A DNA stretch of 64,000 nucleotides from Dimargaris cristalligena (lineage: Eukaryota): positions 1 to 64,000 of the forward strand of contig ML002222.1 of NCBI GenBank assembly GCA_003614675.1. Direction: 5' to 3'. The translations under genes and the position numbers were made by a program. The notes beneath the pieces were generated by a model, which did no database searches, was not told the DNA's origin, and worked only from the letters and a program-made list of their open reading frames with translations. Within the stretch, counting starts at the first letter, position 1. Every line of letters begins with the position of its first letter. Shown here piece by piece: positions 25,271 through 37,935 of the stretch.

Positions 25271-26095
25271 CTATTTCTTCTTGCCCTCCTTCTTTTTGAT
25301 GGTCTCGTCGCCTACAAAAATACCCTTTTGGTTATAGGGTTCGGGCTTTCTCTTGGCCCGGATGGTAGCGGCGAAAAGTTTGAGCTGTTGCCAGTCGGCC
25401 CCTTTGAGCAAGATACGGGTAGGGTTAGGCGTCGTCACGGTGATACCCGGGGGCACGGGCATAATGATGGGATGGGAGAACCCCAATTTCATCGACAGCT
25501 GCACGGGTTCGGCGGCGGTCGTCACCGCTTGGTGGGGAGACGTAGCCACGGAAGGGACAGAACCAGCGGGCAACGGCTCCAAGGTAGCCCTAAACCCCAC
25601 TCCGACCAGACGGAGGGGTACGGTATAGCCCTCGCCGACACCAGTGATCATATTTTGAATGACGGTACGGGTCGTGCCCCACATGGCCCGCTGGGGCGTT
25701 TGGGATTCATCACGAATACCCAGGCTCACGCGGCGGCGGTTAAGGGCCTTGTCGTCCTCCGTTAAAGGGCATTCGGTGATGGTCATGAACGACGGGATAG
25801 GGTAAAGCAGTTCACCCATGGGTCCTTTGAGGCGCACTTGGGTGGTATCCCGGAACCGTACATCACCCGGGCGGTGCGGGCTGGCTTCGTGGGTAAATTC
25901 GACATCGGTGGGGATCACCAGCGGCTGGGGGCCAATGAATAGCTGCTTGGGGCCGGAACGACTGGCACTGTGGGCGGAGCGCAGGAAGGTTAGCGGTAGG
26001 CTGCGGGAAGCGAAAGGGGTAGTGCACGACTGGGTAATGGCGGGAGCGGAGAGACTGGACCGGCCGGGCAGGATCCGGCGGTAAAAGGCAGCCAT
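25271..26095 (-). CDS. MRPL6: Mitochondrial ribosomal protein uL6m
   Basis: Arg/Ser-rich presequence; RAMWGTTRTVIQNMITGV, LRLVGVGFRA, KLGFSHP, RKPEPYNQKGIF. Confidence 0.95.
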   Translation of the reverse strand: MAAFYRRILPGRSSLSAPAITQSCTTPFASRSLPLTFLRSAHSASRSGPKQLFIGPQPLVIPTDVEFTHEASPHRPGDVRFRDTTQVRLKGPMGELLYPIPSFMTITECPLTEDDKALNRRRVSLGIRDESQTPQRAMWGTTRTVIQNMITGVGEGYTVPLRLVGVGFRATLEPLPAGSVPSVATSPHQAVTTAAEPVQLSMKLGFSHPIIMPVPPGITVTTPNPTRILLKGADWQQLKLFAATIRAKRKPEPYNQKGIFVGDETIKKKEGKKK

Positions 26096-26863
26096 GGGCA
26101 AATAAAACACACGAATAGGACGGGGGAGGCTACTGGGTTGGGGGAGAGAGAGGGTGAGATTCAGGTAACGGTCCGGAAATAAATGCGATATACGCTGGGC
26201 TTGGTAATGTCAAACGGATCGACGCACTTGATCGGCGGGGAAAGAATGAGTCAAGCTAGCACAACCGGATTACCTGTCGATAGTAAGAGAAATGCCAGAA
26301 CCCAGACGAATCAGGCAAGGATAGTGAAAGGCCTCAATTAAGCTGAGCCAGTGGAGTCTCCCCGTTTGATCTTGCCAATGCGCGCAGTTAGTTAGAGTGG
26401 GGTTAGTTAGGACCAGCCAAGTTATGAACCAGAAGTTAGGGTTAGACGATGCAATTGGAATGGCTGACTATTGGATACTTGTGAAGGGGAGGAGCTCTAC
26501 CAGTGTTTCTGGAAAAAGGGCTGGGATTGACTCCAGATGAATCGGGACAACTAACCGTTTGGGAGCGGCGCCCCGGGAGACTTATTGTATGCCCCAGTGA
26601 CCGTTCCTACTTCCTTAAGGACCTAACCAACCCTTCCGAGCTTTCCTTGATACTAGCAGTCGTCGGGTAACTCATTTCCTCAACTCTTTACGAATAAATA
26701 ACTAGGCCATCTTATTTTTCCTGCCCCCGTCCTTTGGTTTGCTATATTTTACTCGCGTGTACACCACACAGTCCTCTTACCCTGACTTCAACTCCCCACC
26801 ACCCAACACCGCACGCATCACCCGCCATCTTCCACCGCTTCTCATTCTTCTCTACTCTTGACC

Positions 26864-27232
26864 ATGTGCAAGCACATCCTCAACGTCCAAGTGGCCATCC
26901 GGGCCCCCTGTTGCCGCAAATGGTTTGACTGCGCCGAATGCCATACCGACACCACTGATCACCCGCTACGCAAGACTGACGAAATGGTGTTTGCCTGCAA
27001 AAAGTGCAAAAAGGTATTCCGCAAGAACATGTCCGATTTTGACGAGTCCGACGAATACTGCCCGCACTGTGATAACCATTATATTATTGACGCCAAAACG
27101 CCGCAAATGGCCCTCGGGGTGGAGGGTGAAGATGCCCGGGTAAATAACAAATTGATTAAGGACGACCGTATTGCCAATGACCCAACCCGCTCGATCTTTA
27201 ATAGTTCCAATTTGGACCATCGTCTGGGTTAA
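26864..27232 (+). CDS. CHY-type zinc finger protein
   Basis: MCKHILNVQVAIRAPCCRKWFDCAECH...CKKCKK...YCPHCDNHY. Confidence 0.92.
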   Translation: MCKHILNVQVAIRAPCCRKWFDCAECHTDTTDHPLRKTDEMVFACKKCKKVFRKNMSDFDESDEYCPHCDNHYIIDAKTPQMALGVEGEDARVNNKLIKDDRIANDPTRSIFNSSNLDHRLG

Positions 27233-28829
27233 GCATATACATATGTATCTATTTAGGAATTATGTAGATCTGGAAGTGATTATTTTTACATTGATCGAGC
27301 TTCGGGCATTGTACACGGATATATGAACCTCCACTTGACACTGCTTTAAAGTGTTTTTTTGTTGAGGATGAGCTGTAGTCGGCCTTTAATATTATTCAGC
27401 GGCTACTTTGATTTTAGTTTGATATTATATTTTATAAAGCATGGTCCACCGACCATATTATTATTATTATTTGTCGGTTATACTATACAAGTGCTGGTGG
27501 TATGATTTATCTTTCTCCAATTCCGAAGGTCAGGTGGAGTAAGTGAATATCTCTTGATGACCGAGGACGGGCTGGGATGATGGCGGAGGGAGAGGGCCAA
27601 GCAGCATCAAGTGACTTACGGCTTATATTGAACATGGATCTTGAATCCCCCCATCCGAACCCTGTTATTCGACGCCGCCTACGTAGGCCAGCCTCGATGG
27701 GCGCTAGTTTATTGGGGGTTGGCAGTATTTTAGACGCCGGGTTGCATCCCGACCCGATGCGTTGGCTAAACGAAGGGTTCGGGGGACATATATCTAGGCG
27801 GTTGTTAATATGGCTTGATCATGGTAAATGCATGCATGCATTTCGGGTTGGGATATTTTGGCATGACACCTTCTCCATGAAGCCTTATTGTGTGAAGCGG
27901 GAGAAGGAGGAGACTAGCTGTATAATAATGGTAATAATTGAAGTCCCGCGGCGGGAGGAATGCATATGATGTATATACGTCTTTCATCTTTATATCAGGT
28001 GACGTTGCTGAAACACGCGGTGGGTAATTTGAATGGGACCGAGAGAGAAAGAGAGAGAGAGAGAGAGGAGAGAGAGTATTGTGGGGATTACATTCACTTC
28101 CCCGATAGCTTTTGCTTGGTGGTGGGTCGGGTGTATGCGGTGCGCATATAGCCATAGCCAGCACAGCACATAGCATACAGTCAGTCAGCCAGTATTTTCC
28201 CCAACAATTCCACGGCAACCAGCCCAACAGACTCACCGAGGCCAGGTGAAACGCGGGGACTCATCCCATTTGTTATGGGGGAGAGAGGGCTGTTGTTGTG
28301 GTTCGTTCCCCCCAACGTCAGCCCGCCTCCCTTTATATTCCTTTGGAATAGCGGCGCTTCGGTGTAAAAGATGAGAAAAGCCTGAAGATATGTCTCTAAA
28401 ACCCACTACTATTTACTATACTACAAGCCAAATAATCAATGAGCGAGCAGCACCTCCCTCCGCCCATGCCAAGAGCCAAACCTAACCTAACCAAGCCAAG
28501 CCAGACTAGACTAGACTACTCTCTACGGGTGCTGTGCATTATCGAAACCAGCCAACGAGACAGCAGCGCGGCTCCCAAACAGCGCCGCCCTTGTATTATG
28601 TCTCTGCCGGGTCCCCCTATATGTGGAGGGTTATCCCCCTCCCCTCTCCCCTTCCCCACCCAGCTCATCATCTCATCAGGCTCTACTACTCTCTTCCCTT
28701 GTGTTAGCTAATTCCCGTCCTTCTAAGTCGTTTTGTTGGTGCTTTATACCGCTTCCCAGCACTTTGCCTCTTTCTCCTTCTCTCTCTAATCTTGTCCCCA
28801 CCCCACCCCATCTTACTTTATCCGTCATC

Positions 28830-29420
28830 ATGGTAAGTCCGGATATATGCACTCCATACCCCTAACCTCTCCGCACTCTTAGTTAAGTCCAACCGAAGGC
28901 CCCTTTGATTCATGGTCTCATTCCTCTTACCCAACCCACCGACTCATTTACCTATCTATCTATCTATATATATCTATACACCTACCCTCCCTCCATACAG
29001 TCCAGCGGAGTCGGCGTCAACAATGCCTGCCTGGATGCCTTCCAGCAGCTCAAGGCCAAGCGTTCCCTGCGCTACGTGATCTTCAAACTCTCCGATGACA
29101 AGAAGGAAATCATCGTGGACACGAGCTCCCCGGCCGCCACCGCTTACGACGAGTTCGTGGCCGCCCTGCCCGCCCAGGACTGCCGGTACGCCGTCTACGA
29201 TTTCGAGTACGAGAAGCCCGGTGAAGGCAAGCGCAACAAGATCTGCTTCTTCGTGTGGTCGCCCGATGATGCTCCCGTCCGTTCCAAGATGCTGTACGCT
29301 TCGAGCAAGGATGCTATCCGCAGGCGCTTAGAGGGTATCGCCGCCGAAATTCAGGCCACCGACTTTTCCGAAGCCGCCTACGAAACCGTGTTGGAAAAGG
29401 CCACCCGTACTTCCCACTAA
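28830..29420 (+). CDS. COF1: Cofilin / actin-depolymerizing factor (ATG-only first exon)
   Basis: ATG|GTAAGT at 28830-28832, intron to 29000, then SSGVGVNNACLDAFQQLK...CRYAVYDFEY...WSPDDAPVRSKMLYASSKDA. Confidence 0.97.
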
Positions 29421-30368
29421 ACTTTAATCCACAAACCCACCCGGTGGGGGTACAACTTCTATTTATATGACGTGTGTGAGGAGAAGATGAAGGTCACCCG
29501 GGGAGGGAGGGAAGAAGAAGAGGAGGAGGGGGGGAGGCGCGCTACAAACAAATATTATATATATATATATATATGTAGGTGTAGAAGGTATCCAAGTATC
29601 CCTTAATATATCTATCGCTCACCCGTATAGAACTTACGGCATGGGTGCTCTCTATACTTTTTTACTACTCATCAATCTGCCGCTCTCCTTCTCATTCTCT
29701 CATTCTCTCTCTCTCTCTCTCTCACCCCTTACCTCTTTCATCGACGTCTACATATGAGTTTCCCTCTCTGGCTTATAATATATGCCCAGCACCTCGTCGT
29801 CCCCTCCCCTCCTATTAGGCCGACTCGGTGTATTAGTCCTCTCTACATCATGCCAGATTTTGTCTAGTTCCCCCCTCCCATTTTACATACAATGAGTATA
29901 TTCTCCGTAGTAGTGGAATAAAATACTTTTTCACGTTCGTCAACCCCCTTGGCCCAATGTTTAGGGCCAAAGTTTGGCTTCGCATTGATCCATGGTTTGG
30001 TTATAGTCAAGGTAGTATGATGGATTTAATCTCTGGCCGCAATCAAACACCCCATGAGGAAATAAGGGCGAGGCTTGATCAGTGGCTCCTGGTCACCGAC
30101 CCAGTCTGGTTCAATATGATCCAAAATTTCACTCCATAAACGAGGGCAGCAACCTACTAAACCAATGAAGTGATGGCGGAGGTTGCCAGTGAAGGTCTCT
30201 GCCATCGAATCAATCTGGTCTTTATCCCCCGATTTCGGGCTGTAGTGAGTCCCCTCTCACTTTGGCCAATAAATAAAACAGGGATCTGATATTGCACAGA
30301 TTATCGAGATGTATTTATTGTGGCCCGTTTTTTAAAAAACACACATATACATATATATATATATATAT

Positions 30369-30509
30369 GGGTGAACTTCAACCCAACTGTATAAGGTTTT
30401 ACACAATATATGTATGGGATGTGATAATATGTGGGAGAATAACTTTTGACCAGTAATATTTACCTCATCAAATGGATTATTCGTTATACAGCCTGGATGA
30501 ACTTCTGCC
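30369..30509. mobile_element. MITE copy 2
   Basis: GGGTGAACTTCAACCCAACTGTATAA...TTATACAGCCTGGATGAACTTCTGCC; ATAT flanks, adjacent to a (TA)n run. Confidence 0.8.
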
Positions 30510-31502
30510 ATATCATTCACTGGCCAGCATTCAAGTCGGCTGCCCGCCTAAGTTATAATTAGGAAACCCCATTTCACTTATTAAAAATGTTTCATAATAA
30601 ATAATAATAAGGCTGGTGTTATCTATTTTTTTTTAAAAAAAAAAACGATGGGAGAGACCCCCATAATCACGAAATGTATTATAATTGGTATTATTTTTAT
30701 TGTTATTAATATAGAGCAAGTAAGCCTACTTTAGGTATTTAAATATAGAAGCATATGGGGGCGAATGGTTAAGTGTCGAGGGTGTACTATGACAGGGAGT
30801 CATATGGATAGGGGTTCTCAATAAAAATAGAAATGCGAAGATAGATATGCTTTGAGCGAGCCAAATAATAATAATCGAATTAGTCAACACTAAAATAAAA
30901 CACAAATTATATAAAAACACGAATAATAAATAAATATGGAGGAAGCAAAACTACATAGTTAGAGAAGAGAGAGAGACTGTGTGTGTGGTCGCAAAACGAG
31001 AAAGATGACGCATTCAAAAGATTAAATATTTCTTTAAAGAAATATACCGACCAAACATATCCATACAATGAATAGGTCAAGCAAATATAAATTTTCTTTT
31101 TTTAAAAAAAGAACGGCAAGTATTAGGGAAGTAATGTGAGTATTATGTACAATAAACTATTGGGATAGAGTAAAAAGAAGAACGTGGACTTTGGAGCGCG
31201 AGTGTGAAAAGATAATACCGAAACCAAAGATGCGATTATATATGTATGTATAAAAATGTATATGCATGCAATCGACTTGAATAGATTAATATATATGAAT
31301 ATATATATATATATATATATAAGTAAGTGGATCAGAGAAACCGAACACCAATTGTTGGACCCACAACTACTCTCTCCAACATTAACAAGTCAGATAGAGT
31401 GTGGATGAGAACCCTCTCAAAATTGCACAATGCGCTATTATGAATAGGTAATGCAGTGTGAACAGTTGCCGATAAAACAAAATAGACGGGCGCGGCGGGT
31501 AA

Positions 31503-34157
31503 CTACATAAAGGGGGCGGCCGCCTTCCGGACTTTATCCTGCATCCGGTACTTCCGATCAATATGTGGCCGGACATCGTCGGTACCCAACAGGGATTCCA
31601 GGAACGAGTATACCGAATACAGTTCCGAGTCCCGCGGGTCGTGGTACCAGCTCACAATGGGAATCCCATTGGACAGTTGGTACCCAAATACCTGAGGGGA
31701 ATTATCAACAATCACCACTTGAGACAGGTCCCGTCCGAGCAGCGACAGGTCCTTTACGTAAATTTCTGACATTTCAATACACGAGTCTCGGAACAGCCGG
31801 TGCCGTATCAACTTCCGTTCGGGATCCAGGAGGTTAAGCAGGCGGTCGGCGTAGATCTTCTGCGACGCCGTAAATAGGACGACCTCGAAGTGTTTGGCTG
31901 CCCGTTCCAGGAATTCCTGGATTCCTGGGCGGAGGCGGCAGCGGACTTGGATAATGGTGGAGTCCAGTTCCACCGGGAACACCAGGTCCGAGTTGGGATC
32001 GGGATCGGTGGTACAATGTACTAATGTCTCGTCCAAATCCAGGACCAGGGTAATGGGCGGACTGGACCGGGTTTTACGGGGTAGGAGGAAGGGCCGACTT
32101 TTAAGCTCCACTGGGATGGGGGGCAGGGATGCGATAAATTGGTAGATATTCTGTTCCGTAATGCTGAAATCAATGACTCCCGATTCCATATCATTATCAT
32201 CGTCATCATCCTCGTCGTCGTCGTCGTCTTCATCGTCTCCTTCGGTTTCGAAACCATCCACTTCCATATTAGCATTGCCTTCGGTACCATGGGGCTGGGT
32301 GGCGATGGAAGCGGCAAATTGGCCGATGGGGTGCATGGACTGGTGGTTCAAATAGTGTTGTAGAGCGGCCATATTCCCAAGGTCAGGCACCCGGGCAAAG
32401 CCATCGGTCCCATCCGATGCCACCGGAGCGACCCCACTGGCATCCGACTGACCAAACATGTAGAAGTTGCCGTTGGTGAGGGATGATACATCCCCCCCCT
32501 GGCCATCAAGGATGGGGGGCTGGCTAAAATCAGCGGCTGCGGACTGGGTGATGGACCGGAAAAAACTGAGCATTGGCGAAAAGATGGTCTGTAGTGGCAA
32601 AAGGGTCGATGGGGCAATTGACGCAGCCTCGGTGGAATCCTGGGTCTGGGCAGCCATCCCTGTCGGGTTAGCCTCGGCCGACGGGGAGCCAACCTCTGCA
32701 GAACCATTTTCCTGGTGCGCCATGGGAGTGACGTGCCCGCCCAGCTGCACCGGGAAGGTGCTGTTGAAGTCACCCTGTCCGTAGTCGTAATACATGAAAG
32801 GGTGGTTCACATCCGGCATGGTGGTGGCGATTTCGTAGTTGGACAGTACGGTCCAGTCGGACAGTCCGGAGGGGGCAGTAGCCAGGTCAGATGCGAAGTC
32901 AGGTTGGGTCACCGCCTGTACCGGATTAGGAAAAGCCAAGGGGTTATTGGACGAGGTCAGGGATGCAGTGGCGTTGGCATTGGGCTTCATAGCCAGGGCA
33001 GTCAGCGACCGCTGTGGAGGGTCGGGTTTGGCAGGAGACATTAAACGGGACAATTCCTCGGAGGTACACTTGGTCACGTCGGTGGGAGCGGCAGTCGCGT
33101 CCTGGGTTGGCCGGTTCAGGGCCAGACTCCGAGCCAGCAAGGGGGTGGATGCTTTGGCTACCTTGGGGTCAGTAGCGTCATCCTCGGACTCCTCGGGCGC
33201 CGAGGAGGTTCCATCGGAAGTTTCGGAGGAGGGTGCAGGGGCAACAACACTGGTAAGTACCACTGCAGCTGCAGCACGCTTGGTCTTCTTTTTTCGCGCG
33301 GCCTTTAACGGGGGTGATCGGAGAAGGGTAGGGTTGGGGGCGGAAGTGATAAAACTAGGGGTGGCAAGCACGGGTCGGGCGGGGGTGGAAGAAGGCGGGG
33401 GCGTGACGAGTCCCGGGGAGGTGACAGCACGAACCATCCGAGGAGTAGATGTAGGGGCGGCAGTGAACCGAGTAGGCTCGATTGCCTTATTGCCATCCTC
33501 GAGTTTCCGGCGCTTGAATTCCGACGGGGGGTCTGAAGGAACCGTGGGAGCCGAATTAATGGCCCCCTCCTCTTTTTCCGCCGCAACTTCGGGATTGGTT
33601 GAAGTTGGTTGATTGCGGGCGGAAGAGCGCCGCTTAAGGCTAGGCCGGTCCTCGGCGGGACGCGGAGTAAGGGCGGATTTCTCCGCAGTGGACGCGGCAC
33701 GGCGCCGTTTGCGGGGGCTGAGGAGGGCAGGCGCTGTCGGTTCAGTAGAAGTTAGGTCGTCGTCGGTCTTGCGCTTGGTCCGGCGCGAAGCCGGGGGTTT
33801 GGTAGTGGTGGTGGCGGTAGTCTGGCGAGTAGCAGCCACATGAAGGGTGGTGGCTTTACGAGTAGTCCGATGGGAGCTGGTCGTGCTGGTAGTTTTAATG
33901 GCAGTCACCGTGGAAGTAATCGTGGTAGTGGTGGAGGAAGTGGCCAGCGTGGTTGATGGTCCCTTGCTGACCGAGCGAGGCCGCACGGAGTGGTCGGCCG
34001 GGGCCTTGCGGGACATGTGGGAAGCCTTTTTAATGAGCATATCTTCGGCAATATACGCACCAGTGGTGGTCTTGGCCATAGAGGCCAAGTGCAGACTCCG
34101 CGAGCGGGTCCGACGGGGACTGCAGGTGGACGTCATCGCAGGAGTCAACGACGGCAT
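31503..34157 (-). CDS. CTD small phosphatase (SCP/NIF/FCP1 family, CTDSPL2-like) with long disordered N-terminus
   Basis: C-terminal LVLDLDETLVH, RPGIQEFL, FTASQKIYAD, HRLFRDSC, YVKDLS, VDNSPQVFGYQLSNGIPI; start codon uncertain. Confidence 0.92.
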   Translation of the reverse strand: MPSLTPAMTSTCSPRRTRSRSLHLASMAKTTTGAYIAEDMLIKKASHMSRKAPADHSVRPRSVSKGPSTTLATSSTTTTITSTVTAIKTTSTTSSHRTTRKATTLHVAATRQTTATTTTKPPASRRTKRKTDDDLTSTEPTAPALLSPRKRRRAASTAEKSALTPRPAEDRPSLKRRSSARNQPTSTNPEVAAEKEEGAINSAPTVPSDPPSEFKRRKLEDGNKAIEPTRFTAAPTSTPRMVRAVTSPGLVTPPPSSTPARPVLATPSFITSAPNPTLLRSPPLKAARKKKTKRAAAAVVLTSVVAPAPSSETSDGTSSAPEESEDDATDPKVAKASTPLLARSLALNRPTQDATAAPTDVTKCTSEELSRLMSPAKPDPPQRSLTALAMKPNANATASLTSSNNPLAFPNPVQAVTQPDFASDLATAPSGLSDWTVLSNYEIATTMPDVNHPFMYYDYGQGDFNSTFPVQLGGHVTPMAHQENGSAEVGSPSAEANPTGMAAQTQDSTEAASIAPSTLLPLQTIFSPMLSFFRSITQSAAADFSQPPILDGQGGDVSSLTNGNFYMFGQSDASGVAPVASDGTDGFARVPDLGNMAALQHYLNHQSMHPIGQFAASIATQPHGTEGNANMEVDGFETEGDDEDDDDDEDDDDDNDMESGVIDFSITEQNIYQFIASLPPIPVELKSRPFLLPRKTRSSPPITLVLDLDETLVHCTTDPDPNSDLVFPVELDSTIIQVRCRLRPGIQEFLERAAKHFEVVLFTASQKIYADRLLNLLDPERKLIRHRLFRDSCIEMSEIYVKDLSLLGRDLSQVVIVDNSPQVFGYQLSNGIPIVSWYHDPRDSELYSVYSFLESLLGTDDVRPHIDRKYRMQDKVRKAAAPFM

Positions 34158-36217
34158 ACAGGCAGACAGCCGTGTTAGTCAGTACGCGGTAACGGCCAAC
34201 GAAGAGGGAGGAGTCCCACGGGGGTGGAAGGGGCCGAAAATAGGAACACAGGAAACCAGTCCCTGCGGTTAAATAGTAGCGCTTGGTGGAAACAGGGTGG
34301 GCGGAATCGTATGGGTGAGTCCAGCGGCAGGCGAAGCGAGTGGGCAGCAGATGAGATGACCGTAGATAAGTCGGGTAGGGTTAGGAGGGAGTCTACAGTC
34401 TTTTAGAAAGAAAAGGCCGGTTTGTGTGAGATATGATATGATAATCTGAGGGTTTTTAAAGAGGCTGGATAGAAGAGGTATAAATACAAGCAGACACTGT
34501 CAACCCCGTATGCGGCTTAGTGGGAGGGTTAATTAGATAGAGGGTAGAAAAGCCACAATAGTATAGCATTAAGTGTTCCGAGTGGGTGACGGGAGCCGAG
34601 AGAACGGTGAAACTAGAAGCCGAAGGAATAGAATAGAATATAATAGTAAGTAGCAGTATAAAAGGTAGAAGTAGCCCAAACAAAATATAATAAAAGGCGG
34701 TGGTATATAATCTCAAGGTCTAGGAAGGCAAGAAGGGTTGAGGGACAAATAGGCGAGGCGGCCACCTTATAGCATGGGAACCACGCGGACGGTAGCAGAA
34801 GTAGAATAGTGAGAGAGAGAGAGAGGGAGACCTGGCCGCATACAACAAGGTGCCCTGGAGGGAGGAGGCAGTGGAGATTTATAGTAGCCGGGGCTAGCCC
34901 AACCCAAAGAAACAATAGCTGTAAATATATATATATATATTCTTCACAGAGAGTAAGAGAGTGACGCTTAAGAAAGGCTCAGGGCATTTAAAGGGGCAGC
35001 AGTTCCCTAGATAATATTTAAAAGAGAGAGAGACAGCACCCAACTAGCAAAGGAAGGAGGCACACGCACAAGAAACTCACAAAACAAGTGTCAACGGAGG
35101 GAAGAGGCGAGCGGGCACCCTTAACTACCCCTCCCTGGCTTTGGCCCTTCCTCCCCTTTCCAACTCCAAGCCTGTCTAAATATCCTCCCACCCTCACAGC
35201 TCTCGGCCTAATCGGGAAATTTCCATTGGCCAGGAATCGTCCTCACGGCACGTGACCCATGCCAAAGTACCACCGTGGTACCATTTTAAATTACCAATAG
35301 GATTAGTATTACTATGGGAACCATCCATCCACACACTATTAACTATACCACATATATCATCTATATACCGAGGAGGGCCATCCATCCTGCACACACTGGG
35401 AGGCCCGTATATCAGGGTCCTCCTAGTGGGGGGTGGGTGGTTGTTACCATCAGTGGGCCCGACCTATCATCGTCACGACCCAATGGGGGAATGTAACCCA
35501 TACATAGTGATGTCTAAAATAATCCAACGGTGGGCTAATTCAGGGATTCTTGTATAGGGTCCGCCGTCGACTACACTACTGCCAACGACCGATTGCATGA
35601 GGGTAGCATCGCCCCCCGTGTATTCGATTCATTTGACGTGATTAAATCTTAATTAAACGATCTCCAAACACAACTGTATAAGTTGGTAAAAAATATTATT
35701 GGGGGTAAAAGTAGCTAGGTAATGTAATTATTATTATCTAGTAGTAGTACTGCCCCCCTCCCTGTCCCATCCAGCGAATTGTCTTGTCATACGCGTAATT
35801 CAACTTACCTAAAGGAGCTAAACCGGCAAATGCCCCTTTGCCGCAAAAGGCTAATCTCATTCACCCAGCCTCGCTAGCTATTGCACGGGCTTTATATATA
35901 TTTTTTACCTAATATGGTCCAATATCTAGTTTAGGAGATTAATAATACCTACCTCCTGATCTTCACGATTGGCCTATTTTATTTCCAGACACGTCGTCTC
36001 ATCTCACATCATCATCATTCGTTTGCTGCTTTTTTCTTTTCCCGGTAAGTTCATATAAACCGAATTAGTCTAGGACATGCTTATCGGCACTTTCATTGCA
36101 TGCGTCTCCCTGACTGTTCATTTGCAGCTTACCCTCTTTTATTCTAACATTGATATGTACTGTCCCAGGGACGATTCTAGCGTGGTATCATTAGTTTTAG
36201 ATGTGTGATATTAATAT

Positions 36218-36334
36218 GGATGGAATTCAAACCGGCTGTATAAGGGTTTATATAATACGTGTATGGGCGAATGTATGCGAGAATAGCTTTTAACCAGTAA
36301 TATTAGCCTCATCCAATGGCATTTTAAATTCACC
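36218..36334. mobile_element. MITE copy 3 (right TIR partly deleted)
   Basis: GGATGGAATTCAAACCGGCTGTATAAGGGTTTATATAATACGTGTATGGGCGAATG...AACCAGTAATATTAGCCTCATCCAATGG matches the other copies. Confidence 0.75.
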
Positions 36335-37935
36335 TACAGACACAACATACCCCAATTTAATGAATTAAAAAATTATATACAACTTCCTCGGGTTTGGTTG
36401 GTACGTGGGTTGTTGTCCCCTGACTATGCCCCCCCCCCTTATCATACCTACCCACTATGGTGAAGCCCCACTTTATAACGGTTCCCAGCGTCGAAAAGTA
36501 TAGGGGTTATATGGGCCCAAATGGGGTGCCTGGCCTTACTAGCACTCGTGATTAATATTGGAGCCTACCAATTATCTAATCCCCAATACAATTGACGAAA
36601 CCCCTGGTCTAGGATTATTTTTGATCCGTGTCTCCGAGTCTTGGCATGTTAATGATCAATTTACACCTATCCATTGCCGGTGACCGCGTGCGATTAGGCT
36701 ATACCCCAATGCCTTGTAGTATCCGGTCTTCTGGGCCATCTTCAGCTTCACTTAACTGCTAATCATATCTATTGATCTGGTGGAGTTGACCAATGGGAGG
36801 CTTGTCCGATGATGTGGTTCATCCGTATTACCGGGCCTCAGACTTGCTGCGCTTCCGGGTGCGACATAGTAGGCCAAGATTATCAGATTAATCACCTCCC
36901 ATCCATTTGGGTCATAGTTATAGGGCAAGGTGGTGTTAACTTACCCGACCACTGGTCCTCATTGGCTATGTTAATGCATTTGCACACCACCCTCTAATGG
37001 ATGGGCTCTACTCTACTTACTGGTGGGGGTTAGTGTATCAGAGTTTAAGGAACTCGGTTAGGCCAACTCGTGGTTGAAGCGGTTGGCTTTTATGATGCCC
37101 CCATGTTTACGAGTAAAAAATACCCTCCCCCCCGCGCTGTCGAATGACTGGGGGCAAATTCCCTCCTTATGTGGCACCTGTCGATTGGGGGAGGAGGTGT
37201 TTTCCCTCTCTGACTGGTAAACAAAGCCCCGATGGAACCGCCCCAATGGACGGCGCTGTTTGGGTATCAGAAGACAGCGTGGTCCTCCTCCATCCTATAA
37301 GAGACAGAGAAGGGGTTTATTAGTCAGATAGACCAGGGTATATAAGGTGGTTGGTATGGTCACCATGAACAATATCTGTTGTTCCGATATGATGCTATTG
37401 AATACATGAGCTAGTGCCCCACGCACCGCAGGCTTTATAAAATATCCTACTTGTTCGATTGATACGCACTTATTTCAGCAAAATATTGCCGCTTCCTGCC
37501 TTACGAGAAAAAGCCTTATTTGTATAGAAGAGATTGGCACCACTATTTATTATCCGCCACCTACCAATTCCGCGCCACTAAGCCACTGTCCGCTCAGTCT
37601 ATGTGGAATTGATTCAGCGCCGTTTCCATTCAATCGGCCGCAGTGCTACTGTCCGTGTCTATTCTACTCTCCTTCCCCTGGCTCTTGCTCCGTTTCATGC
37701 TGTTTTTTTTCTGACTAGCTGGTAGAAGACGTTTATATGCACACCCTCCCTACTAAACAGAGCTTTCCTCTTTTTCACCTCCCCCGTTGTTACACTGGTC
37801 CTATTTTTGTTTTTCCTTATCCTATTCTCTTCTACCCTAGACCGACTATACTGTTTTAGTCTTTCTATTGCTTATTTCCTAACCCCCCACGTACCTCGTC
37901 TCCATTCCTCTTATTCTATTCTGAACCGCCTCACC

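Noticed and set aside
28830..29000. ATG-only first coding exon of cofilin
   Set aside because: An intron at or near the start codon is a known common feature of ADF/cofilin genes; not novel.
36900..37300. Possible exon(s) on the minus strand upstream of HELLS
   Set aside because: All frames stop early and no homology is recognisable.
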